Positions 49,374 to 58,865 of a stretch of 64,000 nucleotides of DNA are shown in pieces. The stretch's first letter is position 1; every line of letters begins with the position of its first letter. Source of the DNA: Phenylobacterium sp. (GTDB taxonomy: Bacteria > Pseudomonadota > Alphaproteobacteria > Caulobacterales > Caulobacteraceae); assembly GCF_036402295.1 (NCBI RefSeq), contig NZ_DASWTE010000056.1:3513-67512 (forward strand). Direction: 5' to 3'. Under the pieces are notes generated by a model, which had not been told where the DNA came from, searched no databases, and saw nothing but the letters and a program-made list of their open reading frames with translations. The translations under genes were made by a program, and so were the position numbers.

Positions 49374-49736
49374 ATGCTCAAAGAACGCCGCCTGGCGGCC
49401 GAGCAAGTCGCCAGCGCACTGTTTGAAGCCGAGACCGCCATCGACGCGGCGCTCGCCAAGACCGCCCTGCTCACGGGCGTGATGCCCAGCCTTCGCAAGA
49501 TGGCGGGCGCCTCGGCCCTCATCGGCCAGGACGCCGTCGAGCGCGCCAGCGAGGCGATCATGGCCCTCGCCGAGGCCCGCCGCGCCATCGTCGAGACCCA
49601 CAAGGAGCTCAGTGTCGTCCAGGGCCAGATCGGGCTGGGCGCGGTGACGATGACCGGGGACGGCGGGGAGAAGCCGCCGCCGCAGGGCGCCGAGCACACG
49701 CGCGTTCGCATGCGGTCGCTGCGCGTCGCTTCGTAG
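49374..49736 (+). CDS. Hypothetical helical protein (120 aa)
   Basis: GGAG RBS, host-like codon usage, Ala-rich amphipathic helices, flexible tail GDGGEKPP. Confidence 0.85.
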   Translation: MLKERRLAAEQVASALFEAETAIDAALAKTALLTGVMPSLRKMAGASALIGQDAVERASEAIMALAEARRAIVETHKELSVVQGQIGLGAVTMTGDGGEKPPPQGAEHTRVRMRSLRVAS

Positions 49737-49802
49737 CGGTTTCAACGCAGCGCCACAGTTGTAAGATTGCGACCCTCGGAGAACGCTGGGGGTCGTTTTC
49801 TT

Positions 49803-50261
49803 TTGTCGTCGTACCAGCTTCCCATCTGGGCTTGGCCCACCGTCCTGATGACGGTCTGCGCGCTGGCGGTCTGGCGCGGGCGGGACGACGAGCGCCTCGC
49901 GTCCGCCGGTTTCCTGGCGGGCTGGGCGATGACCCTCGTCGTCTTCAGGGCCCGCAGCGAGGAGACCCAGTGGGCCGTCCTCGCGATCGACGTCCTCCTC
50001 CTCGGCCTCTTCATCTGGATCGCGCTCCGCAGCCCGCGGTTCTGGCCCCTGATGGTGGCGGCGCTGCAGGCGTTGGCGGTCGCGGTGGCGCTGGCCAAGG
50101 CGCTGGATCCGCGCATCACCGGCTGGGCCTACCTCACGGCCTCGCTCGTGTTCCAGTACCTTGCACTTCTGACCATCGGCTATGGCGCGATCACGGCGCC
50201 GCGCCGCTATGCCGAGATCGAAGAGGTCCCCGCCGACATCCCGGGCGCCACGCGGCGGTAG
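49803..50261 (+). CDS. Hypothetical small multi-pass membrane protein
   Basis: About five hydrophobic segments, WRGRDDER, IDV, SPRFWP; start uncertain (TTG 49803 or 49767). Confidence 0.8.
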   Translation: MSSYQLPIWAWPTVLMTVCALAVWRGRDDERLASAGFLAGWAMTLVVFRARSEETQWAVLAIDVLLLGLFIWIALRSPRFWPLMVAALQALAVAVALAKALDPRITGWAYLTASLVFQYLALLTIGYGAITAPRRYAEIEEVPADIPGATRR

Positions 50262-51748
50262 ATCAGCGCCTCGGCCACGTGGACACGGCGCACGGGGCCT
50301 GGGCCCTCCAGGTCGGCGATGGTGCGGGCGAGCCGCAACGTGCGCGTCCAGCCCCGCGCGGACAGGCCGCCGGCCTCGGCCGCCTTGGCGAGCAGGGCGC
50401 GGGCCGGCGGGTCGAGGTCGGCGATCGTCTCCAGGTAATCACCCTCGGCCTGGGCGTTCAGCAGCGCCGCGCCCTCGACGCCCTCGGCCCGGTCGGCCAT
50501 CAGCGCGCGGGCGGCGGCCACCCGCGCGGCGGCCTCCGCCGTGCCCTCGGCGGGCGCGGGCAGCGCGAGGTCGGCGGCGGTCACCGGCGGCACCTCCACC
50601 TGCAGGTCGATGCGATCCATCAGCGGGCCGGAGATGCGGCCCTGATAGTCCGTCTGACATCTCGGCGCGCGCCCGCAGGCGCCACGGCCCGGGCCGCCAT
50701 GCCCGCAGCGGCAGGGATTCATCGCCGCCACCAGCTGGAAGCGGGCCGGATAGCGCACGTGGGCGTTGGCGCGGGCCACCACGACCTCGCCGGTCTCGAG
50801 CGGCTGGCGCAGGCTGTCCAGCGCCTGGGCCCCGAACTCCGGCAGCTCGTCCAGGAACAGCACTCCATTGTGCGCCAGGCTGACTTCGCCGGGCTTGGCC
50901 TTCAGCCCGCCGCCCGTCAGCGCCGCCATGCTGGCCGAGTGGTGCGGGCTGCGGAACGGCCGGGCGCGGCTGAGCTGGCCCTTGGCGATCAGGCCCGCGA
51001 TCGAGTGCACCATCGAGGTTTCCAGGAGCTCGGCCGGCGTCAGCGGCGGCAAGAGGCCCGGCAGCCGCGCGGCCATCATCGACTTGCCGGAGCCCGGCGG
51101 CCCGATAAAGGAGAGGTTGTGACCGCCGGCGGCGGCGATCTCCAGCGCCCGCTTGGCGTTCTCCTGGCCCTTCACGTCGCGAAGGTCGGGGACCCGGTCG
51201 GCTTCCAGCATCGCCCCGGGACCGGGCGGTGACAGCACCTGGGTCCCGCGGAAGTGGTTGACCAGCGCGATCAGCGACGGCGCCGCCAGGACCCGCGTGC
51301 CGCCAGCCCAGGCCGCCTCGGGACCGCACGCCTCTGGACAGATCAGCCCCAGGCCCAGCCCGCCCGCCGCCACCGCCGCGGGCAAGGCGCCCGCCACCGG
51401 CGTGATCCGTCCGTCCAACGCAAGCTCCCCCACCGCCGCCCAGCCTTCCAGCGCATCGGCGGGGATGATCCCCATGCCGGCCATGATCGCGAGCGCGATC
51501 GGCAGGTCGTAGTGGCTGCCTTCCTTTGGCAGGTCGGCGGGCGCCAGGTTGGCGATGATGCGTCGCGACGGCAGGGCCAGGCCCATGCCCTGGAAGGCGC
51601 CGCGCACCCGCTCGCGGCTCTCCGAGACCGCCTTGTCGCCCATGCCGACGAGGAAGAATTTCGAGTCGCCACGAGTGAACTGGACCTGCACGTCGACGCG
51701 CACCGCATGCACGCCGCTGAAGGCCAGAGTCACCACCCGTGCGGACAT
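50207..51748 (-). CDS. comM: YifB/ComM Mg-chelatase-like AAA ATPase
   Basis: NLAPADLPKEGSHYDLPIA, GPPGSGKS, LAHNGVLFLDE, AAMNPC. Confidence 0.95.
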   Translation of the reverse strand: MSARVVTLAFSGVHAVRVDVQVQFTRGDSKFFLVGMGDKAVSESRERVRGAFQGMGLALPSRRIIANLAPADLPKEGSHYDLPIALAIMAGMGIIPADALEGWAAVGELALDGRITPVAGALPAAVAAGGLGLGLICPEACGPEAAWAGGTRVLAAPSLIALVNHFRGTQVLSPPGPGAMLEADRVPDLRDVKGQENAKRALEIAAAGGHNLSFIGPPGSGKSMMAARLPGLLPPLTPAELLETSMVHSIAGLIAKGQLSRARPFRSPHHSASMAALTGGGLKAKPGEVSLAHNGVLFLDELPEFGAQALDSLRQPLETGEVVVARANAHVRYPARFQLVAAMNPCRCGHGGPGRGACGRAPRCQTDYQGRISGPLMDRIDLQVEVPPVTAADLALPAPAEGTAEAAARVAAARALMADRAEGVEGAALLNAQAEGDYLETIADLDPPARALLAKAAEAGGLSARGWTRTLRLARTIADLEGPGPVRRVHVAEALIYRRVAPGMSAGTSSISA

Positions 51749-51777
51749 TCCCTCAACCCCTTGTGGTCAGCCGAAAG

Positions 51778-51786
51778 TTATCCACA
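51778..51786 (+). promoter_or_regulatory. Perfect DnaA box TTATCCACA
   Basis: Exact 9-mer 30 nt upstream of the comM start. Confidence 0.5.
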
Positions 51787-51814
51787 ACCGAGCATACGGC
51801 CAGGTTCAGATCAA

Positions 51815-51829
51815 GAACAAAAACGGAAC
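51815..51829. promoter_or_regulatory. Alphaproteobacterial LexA (SOS) box upstream of comM
   Basis: GAAC-aaaaacg-GAAC, i.e. GTTC-N7-GTTC on the comM strand. Confidence 0.8.
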
Positions 51830-51883
51830 TTAGGGAGAAGGTGAGACGTTTCCGTGACTTCCGGACGTCTCTTCTGAAACAAC

Positions 51884-52831
51884 CTAAGCCTTTGCGCGCA
51901 GCGCTTCAATCCGGCCCCACATCACGTCCGTGGCGTCGATTCCGGTGAAGCGCTTGAGCGCCACGGCGCCCGTCGGCGAGGTGACGTTGATCTCGGTCAG
52001 GTAATCGCCGATCACGTCGATGCCGACGAAGATCAGGCCACGCGCCTTCAACTCGGGCCCGATGGCCGCGCAGATCTCGCGGTCGCGCGCCGAAAGCTCG
52101 ATGGGCTCGGCCTTGCCGCCGACCGCCAGGTTCGAGCGGATCTGGCCCTTCTTCGGCACACGGTTGATCGCGCCCACCGGTTCGCCGTCCACCAGCAGGA
52201 TCCGCTTGTCGCCCTTGACCACCGACGGCAGGAACTTCTGCACGATCACCGGCTCGCGCCCGACGCTCTCGTGCAGGTCCAGCAAGGCGTCGATGTTGGG
52301 ATCGTCCTTCAGGTGCCGCGTGACGCCCGACCCGGCCAGGCCGTTCAGCGGCTTCATCACGATGTCGCCGTGCCGCTCGCGGAAGTCGTAGATCGCCGCC
52401 TTGTCCCAGGTGATCAGGGTCGGCGGCTGCAGCTGCGGGAACTTGGTGACGAGCAGCTTCTCGGGCGCGTTGCGCACCTCGACCGGATTGTTCACCACCA
52501 GGGTCTTCGGGTGGATCATCTCCAGGAAGAAGGTCGTGTCGATGTAGTGCATGTCGAATGGCGGGTTCTGCCGCATCAGCACCACGTCGAACTCGCTGAG
52601 CTCCACACGGCGCACCTCGCCCAGTGTCGCGTGATCGCCCGCCACGCGCTGCACCGTCACGTCGCGGCCGCGCGCGAACACCCGGCCGTTCTCCATCGCC
52701 AGCGTGCCGGTCAGGTAGACGAACAGCGAGTGCCCCCGCGTCTGCGCCGACTCCATCATCAGGAAGGTCGTGTCGCCCTCGATGTTGATGCCCTCGATGG
52801 GATCCATCTGGACGGCGACCTTCAGGGACAT
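51884..52831 (-). CDS. gshB: Glutathione synthetase
   Basis: [28 protein letters not shown]. Confidence 0.97.
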   Translation of the reverse strand: MSLKVAVQMDPIEGINIEGDTTFLMMESAQTRGHSLFVYLTGTLAMENGRVFARGRDVTVQRVAGDHATLGEVRRVELSEFDVVLMRQNPPFDMHYIDTTFFLEMIHPKTLVVNNPVEVRNAPEKLLVTKFPQLQPPTLITWDKAAIYDFRERHGDIVMKPLNGLAGSGVTRHLKDDPNIDALLDLHESVGREPVIVQKFLPSVVKGDKRILLVDGEPVGAINRVPKKGQIRSNLAVGGKAEPIELSARDREICAAIGPELKARGLIFVGIDVIGDYLTEINVTSPTGAVALKRFTGIDATDVMWGRIEALRAKA

Positions 52832-52887
52832 GCGGAATTCCTCAGGCGGTGAAGCTCAGCCGACATAGGGGGTCGCCGCGGGAAGCG

Positions 52888-53703
52888 CTAGTTCAGCCGC
52901 AGTCTCACTCGCTCGCGCTGCGCCCTGGCCGCCAGGGCCGCGCCCCCGTCCAGCGCCGTGGCGCGCTGCAGGGCTTCCAGCGCGCCGGCCAGGGCGCCCT
53001 GGCCCTCGCGGGCGGCGGCCACGTCCAGCCAGGGCCGGTGGTCGGTGGGGTCGAGCAGGGCGCGGCGCAGCGCCGCCCGTTCGGCGCGGGCGAAGTCGCC
53101 GGCGGCGCTGGCGCGGGCGAAGACCATGTTCTGCAGCCGCAGCAGCACGGCCCGGTCGCTAACCGGCGCCATCAGCCGGTCCAGCCGGTCGGCCACGTTG
53201 GGCGTCAGGCCGGCGTGCAGGGCGCGCCGCGTCAGCTCGGACGGCAGCACCACGCGCCCCTCCGAGAACGGGTCCAGCGCCAGCGGCCCCTCCTCGGTCT
53301 CGATGCGCAGCAGGAAGTGGCCGGGGAAATCCACGCCCTGCACGGTGAGCCCGCATTTGCGCGCGGCGTGCAGGTAGAACAGCCCGACGGTCACCGCCAG
53401 GCCGCGCTTGCGCTGCGCTACGGCGATGACGTCGGCGTTGTCCGGATCCTCCAGCGTGAAGAGGTCGCCCGAGAGGCCGAGGTCGCCCGCCATGGTCTCG
53501 GCGAGCGCCTCCTCGGGGCTCTCGCGCTTCAGCCGCTCGGCCAGCCGCTCCACGCCGATGCCCGCCATCTCCCGGGCGAGGGCCGGATCGCGCGCCGGGT
53601 CCTCGTGGATCGCGCACGCGATGGCGGCGTCCAGCAACGGGAAGGCGCCCTCCGGCGCGCCGCCGGCTTCCGACAGGATGGTTTCAGCCTCGTCGCGGTC
53701 CAT
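52888..53703 (-). CDS. SirB1/transglutaminase-like domain protein with C-terminal TPR
   Basis: RKRGLAV, GVDFPGHFLLR, LDPF. Confidence 0.88.
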   Translation of the reverse strand: MDRDEAETILSEAGGAPEGAFPLLDAAIACAIHEDPARDPALAREMAGIGVERLAERLKRESPEEALAETMAGDLGLSGDLFTLEDPDNADVIAVAQRKRGLAVTVGLFYLHAARKCGLTVQGVDFPGHFLLRIETEEGPLALDPFSEGRVVLPSELTRRALHAGLTPNVADRLDRLMAPVSDRAVLLRLQNMVFARASAAGDFARAERAALRRALLDPTDHRPWLDVAAAREGQGALAGALEALQRATALDGGAALAARAQRERVRLRLN

Positions 53704-53723
53704 CAGGGTCCCGTGCTTCCCCC

Positions 53724-54095
53724 TTAGACGCCCTTCCAGGCGTCAGGAATATGCCGAGGAAGTCGGCCCGGGGCGAGGGCCAGCAGATCGAGGCGGACAT
53801 CGCACCCCGCTAGCGCCGGCCGCGTCGCGGCCAACTGCACGCCGGCGCGGCGCAGGCGGTCGCGCTGGTCGTAGGTCACCGTCTCCAGCGCGACCTCCAG
53901 TGTGGTGCGGCTCTTCACCTCCACAACGGCCAAGACGCGCCCGCGTTTCGCGACGACGTCGATCTCGGCCAGCGGCGTCTTCCAGCGGAAGGCCAGGATG
54001 CGGTAGCCCTTGGCCATCAACCAGGCGGCGGCCCACACCTCGGCCCGCCGGCCGGAGAGGCGCGCGGCCGCGCCGCGGGCGACCCGCACGTTCAC
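53724..54095 (-). CDS. YraN family (UPF0102) protein
   Basis: GRRAE, EIDVVA, VEVK, RHIPDAW. Confidence 0.92.
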   Translation of the reverse strand: MNVRVARGAAARLSGRRAEVWAAAWLMAKGYRILAFRWKTPLAEIDVVAKRGRVLAVVEVKSRTTLEVALETVTYDQRDRLRRAGVQLAATRPALAGCDVRLDLLALAPGRLPRHIPDAWKGV

Positions 54096-54955
54096 TGTTT
54101 CAGCTCCATCGCGCGCCGGTAGAGGTCGCGGCGCGGCAGGCCCAGCGCCTTGGCCACCTCGGCGGCGGCGTCGGCCGGCTTCAGGCGGGCCAGGGCGTCT
54201 TTCAGCGCGGCGTCCGCGTCGGCGGCGGTGGCTTCGGTCTCGCGGCCCGGCGCCACTAGGATCACGATCTCGCCCTTCGGCGCGTCCAGCTTCGGGTGGG
54301 CGGCGAGCTGGGAGAGCGGCCCGCGGTAGAAGGTCTCGTAGAGCTTGGTGAGTTCGCGGGCGACCACCGCCTCGCGGTCGCCCAGCACCTCGGCCATGTC
54401 GGCCAGGCTTTCGGCCAGCCGCGAGCCGCCCTCGAAGAAGACCAAGGTCGCTCGCACGCCCGCGAACTCCGCCAGGAACGTCCGCCGCGCGGCGCTCTTC
54501 GGCGGCGGGAAGCCCACGAACAGGAAGCGATCAGTCGGCAGGCCTGCCGCCGACAGCCCGGCCAGCAGCGCCGAGGCGCCCGGGATCGGGACCACATTGA
54601 AGCCCGCCGCCGCCGCCTCGCGCACCAGCCGGTAGCCGGGGTCCGAGATGAGCGGCGTGCCCGCGTCGCTGACGAGCGCCACCCGGCCTCCTTCGGCCAG
54701 CAGCGCCAGCGCCTTCGGCCGCGCCCGCTCGGCGGCGTGCTCGTCGTGCCGCTCCAGCTTGGCCGATAGCCCGAAGGCGGAAAGCAGCTTCCCCGTCACC
54801 CGCGTGTCCTCAGCCAGCACGAGGTCAGCCTGGGCGAGCACGTCGAGCGCCCGCAGTGTGATGTCGCGCAGGTTCCCGATCGGCGTCGCCACCACGTAGA
54901 GCCCCGGTGCGAGCGGCGCGTCGTCGAGGGTCGGCGGGGGCAGGGCGCGAGCCAT
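54092..54955 (-). CDS. rsmI: 16S rRNA C1402 2'-O-methyltransferase
   Basis: LYVVATPIGNL, AEDTR, VSDAGTPLISDPG, RELTK. Confidence 0.96.
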   Translation of the reverse strand: MARALPPPTLDDAPLAPGLYVVATPIGNLRDITLRALDVLAQADLVLAEDTRVTGKLLSAFGLSAKLERHDEHAAERARPKALALLAEGGRVALVSDAGTPLISDPGYRLVREAAAAGFNVVPIPGASALLAGLSAAGLPTDRFLFVGFPPPKSAARRTFLAEFAGVRATLVFFEGGSRLAESLADMAEVLGDREAVVARELTKLYETFYRGPLSQLAAHPKLDAPKGEIVILVAPGRETEATAADADAALKDALARLKPADAAAEVAKALGLPRRDLYRRAMELKQ

Positions 54956-55074
54956 CGCGGAGGGTTCGCCGCTCCGCGCCCGGAACGCAAGCGCGCTCGC
55001 TCCTGGCGCGCAACAGCGATCAAGCGGGTAGGCTCCTGAAGAGGCGAGAACCACGAGGTTTCGTGGGAGCGGTC

Positions 55075-55908
55075 ATGGACCCCGTGCAGAAGGCGATCTG
55101 GTTCGTGGAAGGCCATCTCGGCGAGCCGTTCTCGCTCGAGGACGTGGCCGACGTGGCGGGCCTGTCGCGGTTCTATCTGGTGCGGGCGTTCGGCCAAGTC
55201 ACCGGCCGCTCGGTCATGCGCTACGTCCGGGCGCGGCGGCTCACCGAGGCCGCGCGCGTCCTGGCTGGCGGGGCGCCCGACATCCTCTCGGTCGCCTTCG
55301 ACGCCGGCTACGGCTCCCACGAAGCGTTCACCCGCGCCTTCCGCGACCAGTTCGGCAAGACGCCTGAGCAGGTCCGCGGCCAGGGCTGCGCCCAGTCGCT
55401 CGAACTCGTGGAGCCCCTTAGCTTGGACGAACTCACCGCCATCAAGCTGGCCGACCCGGTCTACGTCGACCGCGGCCCACTCCTCCTCGCCGGCCTCCTG
55501 GAGCAGTACCGGGACGGCGACATGTCGGCGATCCCGAACCAGTGGCAGCGCTTCGCCCCCTGGCTCGGCCATGTCCCGCACCAGGTTCCCTATGTGTCCT
55601 ACGGCGTCGTCTTCAACGGCGACGACGAGGGGACCACCGACTACCTGACCGCCATGGAGGTCACCGACTTTTCCGACGTGCCCGGCCCGCTCGCCCGCCT
55701 GCGCCTGGGCGCCCAGCGCTATGCCGTGTGGCGCTACCCGGGCCACATCTCCGAGATCCGCGCGGTCTGGCGCACCATCTGGGCCGACTGGGTCCCGGGC
55801 CGCGTGAAGACCCTCGCCGACGCGCCGTTCTTCGAGCGCTATCCCGCTGAATTCGACCCCCTCAGCGGCGAAGGTGGGTTCGAGATCTGGCTGCCCGTGG
55901 CGAGCTAG
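55075..55908 (+). CDS. AraC family regulator with GyrI-like effector domain
   Basis: N-terminal AraC HTH (GYGSHEAFTRAF), C-terminal FERY...EIWLPV. Confidence 0.92.
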   Translation: MDPVQKAIWFVEGHLGEPFSLEDVADVAGLSRFYLVRAFGQVTGRSVMRYVRARRLTEAARVLAGGAPDILSVAFDAGYGSHEAFTRAFRDQFGKTPEQVRGQGCAQSLELVEPLSLDELTAIKLADPVYVDRGPLLLAGLLEQYRDGDMSAIPNQWQRFAPWLGHVPHQVPYVSYGVVFNGDDEGTTDYLTAMEVTDFSDVPGPLARLRLGAQRYAVWRYPGHISEIRAVWRTIWADWVPGRVKTLADAPFFERYPAEFDPLSGEGGFEIWLPVAS

Positions 55909-57068
55909 GGTTCGGCCAGCGCCAGCTCCGCCGTCACCGAATCCAGCACCCGCCGGCCTGCGGGAGACGCGATCAGCCGTTCGGCGTCGTCGGCCAGCAG
56001 CCCCAGGTTCACGAGCCCCCGCACGGTCGGGTGGCGCGCCGACAGCCCCAGCGCCGCCACCTCGCCGAACGCCACGCCCTCACGCACCCGCAGGCCGCTC
56101 AGCAGCCGTTCCTCGGCGGCCTGCACGGGCGAGAGCGCCTCGCGGCTCTCGAACCCCGCGCCCGTCTCGTGGACGCCGCGGATGTAGTCGGCCGGTCGGT
56201 CCGCGGCCTCGGTGGCGAGCCGCGCGCCGCCCGTGGTGATCCGCCCGTGCGCGCCGGGGCCTGCTCCGACGTAGTCCCAGCCGCGCCAGTAGACGAGGTT
56301 GTGCCGCGACCGGGCCGCCGCGCCCCGCGCATGGTTCGACACCTCGTAGGCCTCGAATCCTTCCGCCTCGAGCATGGCCTGGGTGGTCTCGTAGAGGTCG
56401 GCCCCCGCCTCGTCGCCAGGCGGGACAAAGAGGCCGCGGCGCACGGCCCGGTCGAAGGCGGTGCCCGCCTCGATGGTCAGCTGGTAGGGCGACAGGTGCT
56501 CAGGCCCCAAGTCGACGGCGGCGCGCAGTTCGTCGGCCCAGGCCGCCGGCGTCTGGCCGGGCCGCGCATAGATCAGGTCCAGCGACAGCCGCGGGAACAC
56601 CCTGGCAGCCGTCTGCGCCGCCCGCCGGCCCTCGGCGGCGTCGTGGTTGCGGCCGAGGAACCTGAGCGCCGCGTCGTCCAGCGACTGCAGGCCCAGCGAC
56701 AGCCGGTTCACGCCCGCATCAGCCAGGGCCGCGAACCGGGCGGCCTCGGCGTCAGTGGGATTGGCTTCCAGACTGACTTCCAGGTCGGCCGCCGGCGTCC
56801 AGAGCCGCCGCGCCGCCGCCACGATCTCGCCCGCCCAGGCCGGGTCCATCAGCGACGGCGTCCCCCCGCCGAAGAACACCGACACCAGCTCGCGCGGCCC
56901 GGTGATCGCCCGCTGCGCCTCGAGGTCCGCCACGATGGCAGCAGCCAGTTCGGCCGCCTCGGCTTCGCGCCCCTTCGCCTTGAAAACGTTGAAGTCGCAG
57001 TAGGGGCAGATCCGCGCGCAGTAAGGCCAGTGGACGTAGACCCCCAGCGGTGGGGGCGGTTCGGTCAC
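55905..57068 (-). CDS. hemW: Radical SAM heme chaperone HemW
   Basis: YVHWPYCARICPYCDFN, GGGTPS, YEVSN, HNLVYW. Confidence 0.94.
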   Translation of the reverse strand: MTEPPPPLGVYVHWPYCARICPYCDFNVFKAKGREAEAAELAAAIVADLEAQRAITGPRELVSVFFGGGTPSLMDPAWAGEIVAAARRLWTPAADLEVSLEANPTDAEAARFAALADAGVNRLSLGLQSLDDAALRFLGRNHDAAEGRRAAQTAARVFPRLSLDLIYARPGQTPAAWADELRAAVDLGPEHLSPYQLTIEAGTAFDRAVRRGLFVPPGDEAGADLYETTQAMLEAEGFEAYEVSNHARGAAARSRHNLVYWRGWDYVGAGPGAHGRITTGGARLATEAADRPADYIRGVHETGAGFESREALSPVQAAEERLLSGLRVREGVAFGEVAALGLSARHPTVRGLVNLGLLADDAERLIASPAGRRVLDSVTAELALAEP

Positions 57069-57664
57069 AACAGCGCCGCCTTCAGCTTCTCGAACGCCCG
57101 GGCGCGGTGGCTCATGCCGTCCTTGGTCACCGGCTCGATCTCGCCGAACGTCTGGGTCATCCCCACGGGGACGAAGATGGGGTCGTAGCCGAAGCCCTTG
57201 TCGCCGCGCGGCGGGAAGGTGAGGGTCCCGTCCACCCGGCCCTCCACTACCACCGCCGGCCCGCCGGGCCAGGCGACGGCCAGGGCCGAAGTGAACCACG
57301 CCGCGAAGTCCTCGGCGCCCACTTCCTCCAGCCGCTCCTCGACCTTCTGCATGGCCATGGCGAAGTCCTTGGCCGGTCCCGCCCAGCGCGCCGAATAGAT
57401 GCCGGGCGCGCCGTCCAGCGCCTTGACCGACAGGCCGGAGTCGTCGGCGAGCGCGATCAGACCCGAGGCGTCGGCCGCGGCGCGGGCCTTGAGCAGCGCG
57501 TTCCCCGAGAAGGTCGCCTCGGTCTCCTCCGGCTCGGGCAGGCCCAGTTCGCCGGCCGCCACCAGCTCGAAGCGGCCTTCGAGAATCTCGGACAGTTCGC
57601 GCGCCTTGCCCGGATTGTGCGTGGCCACCACCAGCCGCGTCCCCGGTTCCAGCTTCAAGGCCAT
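57065..57664 (-). CDS. rdgB: dITP/XTP pyrophosphatase
   Basis: ATHNPGK, ADDSGL, PGIYSARW, GFGYDPIF, SHR. Confidence 0.96.
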   Translation of the reverse strand: MALKLEPGTRLVVATHNPGKARELSEILEGRFELVAAGELGLPEPEETEATFSGNALLKARAAADASGLIALADDSGLSVKALDGAPGIYSARWAGPAKDFAMAMQKVEERLEEVGAEDFAAWFTSALAVAWPGGPAVVVEGRVDGTLTFPPRGDKGFGYDPIFVPVGMTQTFGEIEPVTKDGMSHRARAFEKLKAALL

Positions 57665-57732
57665 GCATACGCTCCTCGTCTTCCGCGGCCGGAACCTACC
57701 GCCGCCCGGCGCGCGCTGCATTGCGAAAGTTT

Positions 57733-57770
57733 AATATTGTTAATCGATATTCACGTGATCGAGAAACGAT
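57733..57770. promoter_or_regulatory. Tandem AT(C/T)G-N5-CGAT palindromes, candidate operators
   Basis: AATATTG-ttaat-CGATATT (57733-57751), ATCG-agaaa-CGAT (57758-57770); weaker copy at 57990-58002. Confidence 0.55.
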
Positions 57771-57855
57771 GCGGGCGTATTGATAATCACATCGAAGCAG
57801 AGCGCTTCGACCCAACCCACCGCTGCAGTGCAGCAGAACGCAACGGAGCTAAAAA

Positions 57856-57963
57856 ATGTTCGCCAAGACCATGATCACCCTCGACCGGACCGCGATGAGC
57901 CTGATGGTCGTCCTGGCGGCCATGCCGATCCTGAGCATCGCCGCCCGCGCCGCCTTCCTCTAG
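57856..57963 (+). CDS. Small hydrophobic protein, 35 aa (MFAKTMITLDRTAMSLMVVLAAMPILSIAARAAFL)
   Basis: GGAG RBS, all third codon positions G/C; below the ORF-track size cutoff. Confidence 0.75.
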   Translation: MFAKTMITLDRTAMSLMVVLAAMPILSIAARAAFL

Positions 57964-58079
57964 GTTCTTAAAGCAAGAGAACTATGAGGTTCGTCGAACG
58001 ATCCGCCCCGGCCTTGGCCCAGATGGCCACCCCGCGGCGGATCACGACGAAGCCTTGCTGAGGGGGAGCCGATAGAGAC

Positions 58080-58607
58080 ATGCGCGCCTTGGGTCCGGGT
58101 TCGGTTTCGAGCTTCCTGAAAATCATCCTCGACGTCGTCTTCGCGGCCCTCTGGATCGGCGTCGCCGTCATGTCGCTGATCACGCTCGCGGCGCTGCTGC
58201 TGAGCTTTAATCCCGACCTCCTCAAGGGCGTCCAATTCAACGGCGAAGCCGCCGAAATGCTGGAGCGCGGTCCCGTCCTGACCGCCGGGCTCGCAGCGGC
58301 GGCCCTCTACCTCGCCGGTATCCTCGTCATCGTGGGCTCGCTGCGCCGGATCTTCACGACGCTGACCGCCGGCGACCCCTTCCATCCCGACAACGTCGCC
58401 CGCCTGCGCCTGATAGGCCTGATTCTTGCCGGCCTCGAGCTCGGCCGCTACGCCTTCTGGGCGGTGGGCGCCCTGTTGCCCGGCGTGCAGCGCAACGACC
58501 CCGGGGTCGGCCTCACCGCCTGGTTCTCCGTCCTCGTCGTCTTCGTCCTGGCCGAGGTCTTCCGCGAGGGCGCACGCCTGCGCCGCGAAGCCGAGCTCAC
58601 GATCTAG
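58080..58607 (+). CDS. DUF2975 family membrane protein
   Basis: GDPFHPDNVARLRLIG, LAEVFREGARLRREAELTI. Confidence 0.92.
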   Translation: MRALGPGSVSSFLKIILDVVFAALWIGVAVMSLITLAALLLSFNPDLLKGVQFNGEAAEMLERGPVLTAGLAAAALYLAGILVIVGSLRRIFTTLTAGDPFHPDNVARLRLIGLILAGLELGRYAFWAVGALLPGVQRNDPGVGLTAWFSVLVVFVLAEVFREGARLRREAELTI

Positions 58608-58621
58608 GGACCCCACGACAC

Positions 58622-58858
58622 ATGCCGATCCGCGTAAGCCTCGACCGGGTGCTCCTCGACCGCCGCATGTCGCTGACCGAACTCGCCGACCGCGTGGGCG
58701 TCACCATCGCCAACCTGTCGATCCTGAAGACGGGGAAGGCGCGCGCCGTCCGCTTCTCGACGCTCTCGGCCCTCTGCCGCGAACTCGACTGCCAGCCCGG
58801 CGACCTCCTGGTCTATGAACCCGGCCCCGACGACATGTTCGACGAGGACGAGGAGTAG
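58622..58858 (+). CDS. Cro/C1-type HTH regulator (YozG-like)
   Basis: LADRVGVTIANLSILKTGKARAVRFSTL...CQPGDLL. Confidence 0.94.
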   Translation: MPIRVSLDRVLLDRRMSLTELADRVGVTIANLSILKTGKARAVRFSTLSALCRELDCQPGDLLVYEPGPDDMFDEDEE

Positions 58859-58865
58859 CGCGCAG

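Noticed and set aside
57731-57743. CtrA box in the A/T-rich rdgB/small-ORF spacer
   Set aside because: TTAA half-sites are 5 nt apart rather than 7; better explained by the AT(C/T)G-N5-CGAT palindromes.
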